From: a virus | DNA: 64,000 bases | IMG/VR virus record: IMGVR_UViG_3300035698_022738 | Location: 1-64,000 of that record | Strand: one strand, 5' to 3' | In this document: in pieces, positions 58,571 to 64,000 of the stretch | Layout of the letters: each line of letters starts with the position of its first letter | How positions within the stretch are numbered: the stretch's first letter is position 1 | The notes under the pieces: model-generated | The model's input: the letters and a program-made list of their open reading frames with translations, nothing else | Told to the model about the DNA's origin: nothing | The model's database searches: none | Made by a program: the position numbers and the translations under genes

Positions 58571-58571
58571 G

Positions 58572-58612
58572 TTGCTCAAAAAATGGTGTGATTCCGTTTA
58601 ATATAGTAGGAG
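58572..58612 (+). promoter_or_regulatory. Putative phage-specific promoter + RBS for the DNA polymerase operon
   Basis: TTGCTCAAAAA...CGTT-TAATATAGT-AGGAG; same spacing as the 6879 copy; directly after a terminator. Confidence 0.6.
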
Positions 58613-58619
58613 AGATTGA

Positions 58620-58964
58620 ATGGAAATTAAAGTGAATGTTGGGGATGTCAATACATACCTCGTCGTGGTGTTTGGGGAGGTAGATATCATGACCAATGCT
58701 CTCAGGGCTATTGCTCGTTTTAGGTCTGTAACAGGGGCACTCTGGCCGTCTGAGGTTGTGGTGCATGAAAACAATCGCATGTGTTTGTCATTGCCGACAA
58801 CACAGCGGAAAGCTCCCTGGAATTTGCGGGATGCCTTGTATATGCTCACGGCATATCCCATCAAAGGGGATGAGGAAAGTGAACGAGTTCCCGTTGTTTT
58901 TGACGGGGAACGTAAGCCTGTTGGCAAGGCTTTTAGAGACAGACCACTGAGGAAAGGGATATAA
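58620..58964 (+). CDS. Hypothetical protein
   Basis: AGGAG RBS; TAATG coupling. Confidence 0.6.
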   Translation: MEIKVNVGDVNTYLVVVFGEVDIMTNALRAIARFRSVTGALWPSEVVVHENNRMCLSLPTTQRKAPWNLRDALYMLTAYPIKGDEESERVPVVFDGERKPVGKAFRDRPLRKGI

Positions 58965-59224
58965 TGAAAACAATGGGGATTACGAAAGCTCGTGAAAATT
59001 TCACACACCTTGTGACTGAGGCAGCTCAAGAATGTCCGGTTGTCCTGACCAGCCTCAAGGTGCCAAAGGCTGTATTGATTAGCTATAATGCGTGGGTCAG
59101 ATTGAATGATCAGGTGGATGACTTGGAGGATTTGGTCACATATGTTAATCGACGCAATGAGTCATCGACACCATTTGAGAGGTTTGTGAAGGATCACGCA
59201 ATAGAGGGTGAAGATGCTACCTGA
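58964..59224 (+). CDS. Phd/YefM-family antitoxin-like protein (orphan)
   Basis: MKTMGITKARENFTHLV..A...PVVLT....PKAVLISY..W. Confidence 0.82.
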   Translation: MKTMGITKARENFTHLVTEAAQECPVVLTSLKVPKAVLISYNAWVRLNDQVDDLEDLVTYVNRRNESSTPFERFVKDHAIEGEDAT

Positions 59225-61796
59225 TCCCTGCAAAGAGTGCGGGTTACACAAGACTTGCAAAACGCACATGGTGCCGGGATCGGGTTCTGATCATCCGTTA
59301 GTTCTTTTTGTAGGGGAGGCCCCTGGAGCGGAAGAGGATGAAACAGGGGTGGTGTTTATGGGTAAGGCTGGTCAGGTTCTCAGAGAGGCTATCAATCAGT
59401 TGGGCCTCTCTGATGACCAGTATCGTATCACAAATGTTGTACGGTGTCGGCCCCCCAAAAATCGGACACCTCGGGCCAGAGAGATAGAGCTGTGCTCTGA
59501 GTTCCTTTTTGAGGAAATTAAACAGCATCCCCCCAAAGTTATTGTGTTGCTGGGTAACACCCCACTCAAAGCTGTTTTGGGGGAAAACAAGATTAGTGAG
59601 TGGAACGGGCTTGCAGTTCAACGGGGAGATTTTGTGTATGCTCCGGCTTTTCATCCATCAGCGTTCAACTATGGGAACCGGGATCGCCTTGAGGATTGGT
59701 ACGATGCTCTGGAACAAGCGGTGCGTATTGCTCACGGAGAAAAGGTTCCCGATAGGAATGCTGGCTGGGAGTACATCTACCCCAAATCGTATGATGACCT
59801 AGTGGCTATGGAACGCGAGCTGGCAAAAAGTGAGACCATCACCTATGACGTAGAGACTCGATTTCTCAATATTCATGATCCGGAGAACACTGTGATATCT
59901 GTCTCATTTGGGATGGATGGTGTGGCCTGGTCGTTCCCCTTGTATCACACTGAAGGGTCGGAATGGTGGAAGGGAACTCGAATATTGTCGGTGGTTGGTA
60001 TGGTTTTGAACATACTTAGTAAGTCACAAGTAGTAGGGCATAACGTCAAGTTTGATAGGTCAGCTACTCGGAAGTTGTTGGGGCAGGACTTTGTTCCATT
60101 TGGGGACACAATGCGTATCTCTCAGCTGATCGACAGCCAGCCAGGAATACACGGCCTGAAGAGATTGGCTGGCATGAAATTAGGGATGTTTGATTATGAC
60201 CAGGAGTTGACTGATTACACCGACGCTCACCCAGAGGCTAATCCCAAAAAAGGTGGGGACTTCGGGCTGGTTCCACTGAAGAAGTTGCTTCCCTATGGGG
60301 CCATGGATTCAGCGGCAACTTACAGGCTGTATCATTTGTTGTTGTCTGAGTTGACACCGGAACAAACTGTCTTGTACAAGCAGCTCATTATGCCAGCTGA
60401 TGACGCGCTAGCTGAAATGGAATATCGAGGTATTCTGTTGGATACCTATATGGCAGAGCGGTATGAGCGGATATATAAGTTTGTTCGGGAAGAGAAGTAT
60501 AGGGCGGCTATCTTGCAGGACCCCGACGTGCAGAGGTTTATAGCACGTAAGCAAAAGATTGTGGATATTGAGCTCAAAAAACGTCGGGAAAAGAGTACAC
60601 GTAAGCTCAAGGACAGAAAATTCTCATTCAACGCAAACAGCACAGAAATGATGGGGGAAGTGTTTTTTACGATCAAGGATCACGTCCCCCCCGCACTGAC
60701 AAAAACTGGAAAGCCCTCAATGGATGCCGGACTGTTGGCTCAGAGTCCAGTTGCGGATGATCCACTATTTCAGCTCTATCGCAAGTATCGGCTCTATGGG
60801 TCGATGCTGTCCAAGTATCTTGGTCCTGCCTCTAAAGGGCTAAGGGATTGGCGGACTTGTGTCGATGGGCGGATACACACTCATTTCAATGTCGGGGGTG
60901 CAACAACTGGCCGATTATCTTCGAGTCAGCCAAACCTCCAGAACATTCCGTCTCCGGAAAAAGAGCAAGGGACCCTGCTTGAGAGCTTGCCTATTCGTAA
61001 CTTGTTCAAGCATACCCATCCCGGTGGATGTCTGGCCTCAGTTGACTTTTCTGGTATGGAATTGAGGATCATGGCCTCAATGTCTGAGTGCCTACCCATG
61101 ATCAAGGTATTCAGGGAAAACGGGGACCTGCATAGGTTTGTTACCTCAGCTGCGTTTTCCATCCCTGAAAAAGATGTAACAAAGACAAAGCGACGTACTG
61201 GGAAGTCGATCAATTTTTTAATCATCTACGGGGGCGGACCTGAGTCTTTGCACAGAAAATATGGGGTCCCTTTGAGTCAAAGCAAGCGTCTAATGAAAAA
61301 CTACTTCAAGAGGTTCCCCGAAGTCCATGAGTTTCACAATAAGGTTATTGACTTTGCAGAACGAAATGGCTATGTAGAGACACCCTTTGGGCGTCGCAGG
61401 TATCTCAGGAATATCAACTCTGTGATCTCTTACAAAAAAGAGGCGGATGAGAGGGCGGCTATCAATATGCCTATCCAGTCTCTGGCCTCTGATATATTGT
61501 TGTGCTGTATTGCAATCCTGGAGCGTAAGCTGATAAAAGGTGGGTTCAAGTCTCGGATGGTCAACACGGTACACGACTCCATCACCTTTGATGTATACCC
61601 AGGTGAGTTGGATACGATCTTGGTTATGGCAAGAGACATCATGGTCAATATCAAATACTATGCCAAGCGGTACTTCCCTGGTCTTGATTTTAGCTGGCTG
61701 AAAGTGCCTCTCAATGTGGATGCTGAGGTAGGGTCCCATTACGGGAGCATGAGCGATTATGAGATACCTGGGGTGGTGAGAGGGAGAGGAAAATGA
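59208..61796 (+). CDS. Family A DNA polymerase with an N-terminal family-4 uracil-DNA glycosylase domain and 3'-5' exonuclease
   Basis: CxxC, GEAPG, NVVRCRPP, HPS (UDG4); DVET, HNVKFD, YGAMD (exo); DFSGMELR, RRTGKSINF..IYG, VHDS (pol motifs A/B/C). Confidence 0.95.
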   Translation: MKMLPDPCKECGLHKTCKTHMVPGSGSDHPLVLFVGEAPGAEEDETGVVFMGKAGQVLREAINQLGLSDDQYRITNVVRCRPPKNRTPRAREIELCSEFLFEEIKQHPPKVIVLLGNTPLKAVLGENKISEWNGLAVQRGDFVYAPAFHPSAFNYGNRDRLEDWYDALEQAVRIAHGEKVPDRNAGWEYIYPKSYDDLVAMERELAKSETITYDVETRFLNIHDPENTVISVSFGMDGVAWSFPLYHTEGSEWWKGTRILSVVGMVLNILSKSQVVGHNVKFDRSATRKLLGQDFVPFGDTMRISQLIDSQPGIHGLKRLAGMKLGMFDYDQELTDYTDAHPEANPKKGGDFGLVPLKKLLPYGAMDSAATYRLYHLLLSELTPEQTVLYKQLIMPADDALAEMEYRGILLDTYMAERYERIYKFVREEKYRAAILQDPDVQRFIARKQKIVDIELKKRREKSTRKLKDRKFSFNANSTEMMGEVFFTIKDHVPPALTKTGKPSMDAGLLAQSPVADDPLFQLYRKYRLYGSMLSKYLGPASKGLRDWRTCVDGRIHTHFNVGGATTGRLSSSQPNLQNIPSPEKEQGTLLESLPIRNLFKHTHPGGCLASVDFSGMELRIMASMSECLPMIKVFRENGDLHRFVTSAAFSIPEKDVTKTKRRTGKSINFLIIYGGGPESLHRKYGVPLSQSKRLMKNYFKRFPEVHEFHNKVIDFAERNGYVETPFGRRRYLRNINSVISYKKEADERAAINMPIQSLASDILLCCIAILERKLIKGGFKSRMVNTVHDSITFDVYPGELDTILVMARDIMVNIKYYAKRYFPGLDFSWLKVPLNVDAEVGSHYGSMSDYEIPGVVRGRGK

Positions 61797-62509
61797 AATC
61801 GAGACTTAGAATTGATGGAGTTCCTTGCACTGTGTTTGAGGGATTGTTTCATACGTGCAAGCTAGACTCGGTTGTTGTTGAAGCCGGACAGATTCTAGTT
61901 CCATTTGAAGTTGAAACATCAGAGGGAACCTGTCTGACAGGGGATGCTGGTGATTGGCTGATACGTGTTGATGGGGAATTGTACCCGTGTACGGACAGCA
62001 AGTTTAGAGACGCTTGTGGGGTGGTGGAGAACAAAGAATGGATGTTCAAGACATCTATCAAAGGTTATGACATGGGTAAGGGAAGTCAAATGAGTGAACT
62101 AACACCCGTATCATTTGTTCAGGATGATGGTGATCACCGATGGCCGCCAACATGTGAAGTTTGCAAAAAAGAGATGGAGTGCGACCATGCTGAAGAATGG
62201 AAAGATGGAACTCTGGTCGAGCGTGTACCGTTTGCTACGGGCTATTCTATCCATGCGTCATCTTTCGACTTGGCAACTTGGCCGGAAGGCCGTCGTATTG
62301 ATGTAACAGACGAAGGGTGGGAAGAAGGCCCAATCTGCTTCGAGTGCTTTAAGAAAATGTTGCATGCCCATGAGATGTATAAAGCTCTGGAATGGATAAT
62401 TAACGTGGAAGGTGGTGCAGGGCTGGCGGGGGGTGAGCCGCAGATAGGTGAAATGTCGACTGCGATAGATGCTGGCAAGGCCGCTATTGACAAAGTGGGA
62501 GTGAGATGA
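61793..62509 (+). CDS. Hypothetical protein (apparently composite)
   Basis: N-terminal ETSEG...GDWLI...GELYPC segment; second Met with an RBS near 62090. Confidence 0.55.
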   Translation: MKSRLRIDGVPCTVFEGLFHTCKLDSVVVEAGQILVPFEVETSEGTCLTGDAGDWLIRVDGELYPCTDSKFRDACGVVENKEWMFKTSIKGYDMGKGSQMSELTPVSFVQDDGDHRWPPTCEVCKKEMECDHAEEWKDGTLVERVPFATGYSIHASSFDLATWPEGRRIDVTDEGWEEGPICFECFKKMLHAHEMYKALEWIINVEGGAGLAGGEPQIGEMSTAIDAGKAAIDKVGVR

Positions 62510-62536
62510 AAAAAATGAATAGCAGAACGGGAGAGA

Positions 62537-62776
62537 GTGATGGGTGATTGGCTGACGTGGTGTAACGTACTTGACAACGAACAGGTTGCGCGGTTGGAGG
62601 CAATCGAGGCGCGAGCGAAGGCTGTGGCTGACAACGAAACAGGTATTGCTGGCGATGCTGAGATACGACTGGAAATCAATGCTCGACCCGACATACCTTG
62701 GCTGCTGGAACTGGTCAGCGATTTGGTAGCCAGTATCGAAAGCGAAGTTGAAAATTCAATGGGGGATGATATCTGA
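62537..62776 (+). CDS. Hypothetical protein
   Basis: LEAIEARA...ARPDIPWLL phage-type motif. Confidence 0.6.
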   Translation: MMGDWLTWCNVLDNEQVARLEAIEARAKAVADNETGIAGDAEIRLEINARPDIPWLLELVSDLVASIESEVENSMGDDI

Positions 62777-63057
62777 TGAGTAATGGAGTAGCAAAGGCAA
62801 TGATGGAGCGTATTGATCAGCTGGTAGCAGAGCGGGATACACTACTAGCAGATGGGCGGACTGTAATTCGTGAGCGCGACAAAGCCTTGGCCGAGTTGGA
62901 TACCCAGGCTGCCGAGATTGAGCGACTGCGAGGTATCATCAACGAGGCGCACGGCCTGTTTAGCACGATTGCATTCGACTGCGAGGATGAGGACGTGTCC
63001 GAGCAGGCTGCCAGTTATGCGGTGCACGTAATTGAGCAAATGGAGGCTTCTCTATGA
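62776..63057 (+). CDS. Hypothetical coiled-coil protein
   Basis: Coupled ORF; AEIERLR motif. Confidence 0.6.
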   Translation: MSNGVAKAMMERIDQLVAERDTLLADGRTVIRERDKALAELDTQAAEIERLRGIINEAHGLFSTIAFDCEDEDVSEQAASYAVHVIEQMEASL

Positions 63058-63683
63058 GTGAATGTCGGGCGGCAATCGTTGGAGCAGATTTGAAGGGTGA
63101 GCGGAGTCCACAAGATTTCTACCGGACACCCTCAGAGGCCGTTACGTCTCTCATGAAGAGAGAGACCTTTCCCGGTCTTGTTTGGGAACCAGCGTGTGGT
63201 GACGGGGCAATCAGTGAAGTCCTTTTAGATTACAAGGGGCATGAGTATGTACCAAACGGAGGGAAGGGGCCAAAAGACGGGGTATACAGCTCTGACAAGT
63301 ATGATTGGGGATATGGCGTTCCAGGAGTTGATTTCCTGGGGTCAGTGGATGCTCTTCCGCTGAATACAGTGGATCATGTGGTGACAAATCCCCCTTACGG
63401 TGTGGCAAAAGAATTTGTCCAACGAGCGTTGTATGTGACAACAGGCAAGGTTGCCATGTTCCTGAAGCTCACTTTCCTGGAGGGCAAGGGGCGTCATGTG
63501 TTCCTGGACCATAGTCCTCTGAGATCGGTCTATGTTTTCTCGGGGCGTGTCAAGGTCTACCGTCATGACATCGAAAATTTAGACTCTAGGCCGACTGGTT
63601 ATTTTTGTTACGCATGGTTCATTTGGGAGCATGGCTACCGAGGAAAGCCTGAGATTGACTGGATATATGAGGCAGGGATGTAA
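63054..63683 (+). CDS. Phage DNA amino (N6-adenine-type) methyltransferase
   Basis: DFYRTP, WEPACGDGAI (motif I), TNPPY (motif IV). Confidence 0.82.
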   Translation: MSECRAAIVGADLKGERSPQDFYRTPSEAVTSLMKRETFPGLVWEPACGDGAISEVLLDYKGHEYVPNGGKGPKDGVYSSDKYDWGYGVPGVDFLGSVDALPLNTVDHVVTNPPYGVAKEFVQRALYVTTGKVAMFLKLTFLEGKGRHVFLDHSPLRSVYVFSGRVKVYRHDIENLDSRPTGYFCYAWFIWEHGYRGKPEIDWIYEAGM

Positions 63684-63686
63684 GGC

Positions 63687-63950
63687 ATGAGAAATTTTAT
63701 CAAGAATTTGTTTTCTCCATCTCGTTGCTACATGTTCTTTTTTTCCTACACTTATGATGCAGATGGCTTCTCTGGTCAGGGGTTTGGAAATGATCGGTTT
63801 TGGATTCGAGGGAAGATAACACATGAAAAAATAAGGGAGATAGAGAATCTTTTGAAGTATTCGATTCCGGAAATTGTACTGCCAGAGAACCATGACAATC
63901 TCGATTATTTCAATATTGTCTCTCTTGGATGGGAACGTATTTGGGAGTAA
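63687..63950 (+). CDS. Hypothetical protein
   Basis: 87-aa ORF in the operon. Confidence 0.5.
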   Translation: MRNFIKNLFSPSRCYMFFFSYTYDADGFSGQGFGNDRFWIRGKITHEKIREIENLLKYSIPEIVLPENHDNLDYFNIVSLGWERIWE

Positions 63951-64000
63951 ATGCATGAAACTGAGTGTCTCCATTAACCAGCCGGATGAAAAATATTTGG

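Noticed and set aside
1-64000. Alternative genetic code, tRNA genes, integrase/att sites
   Set aside because: TAA, TAG and TGA all end coupled genes at high coding density, and no tRNA or recombinase was recognised in this window.

Overview
This 64 kb window is part of a large tailed dsDNA phage genome. It is siphovirus-like, essentially every credible gene is on the + strand, and many genes are translationally coupled. No capsid, portal, terminase or integrase gene is visible, so these probably lie outside the window. Gene order: (1) 1-11.4 kb, four 'polyprotein' genes built from 10 modules, each opened by the same 16-aa motif K-HLPG[QR]H[DEN]QxxH[GE][NS]WA and carrying ADP-ribosyltransferase, JAB/MPN, GNAT or an unknown 4-copy domain. 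(2) 8.5-19 kb, a glycosylation cluster (GT4, GT2s, SDR epimerase, a WbpB/WbpE/WbpD-like dehydrogenase-aminotransferase-acetyltransferase trio, SAM methyltransferase) inside the virion gene block. (3) 19-35 kb, head-tail and tail module with a putative +1 frameshift chaperone, tape measure, tail-tip and fibre genes. (4) 35-38.5 kb, a stand-alone receiver-domain protein, a multidomain endolysin and a holin-like protein. (5) 38.5-48 kb, helicases, primase, an orphan Phd antitoxin, an MT-A70 methyltransferase, a cassette flanked by a duplicated gene, and a CATG-dense repeat array. (6) 49.5-58.5 kb, an early-type operon behind a near-consensus sigma70 promoter, punctuated by two pistol ribozymes and two further unassigned structured RNAs. 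(7) 58.6-64 kb, a second orphan antitoxin, a UDG-fused family A DNA polymerase and a DNA methyltransferase. The strongest candidate for a new system is the motif-delimited effector polyprotein array, probably capsid-loaded cargo released by a protease. All calls come from reading motifs by eye; no database searches were run.
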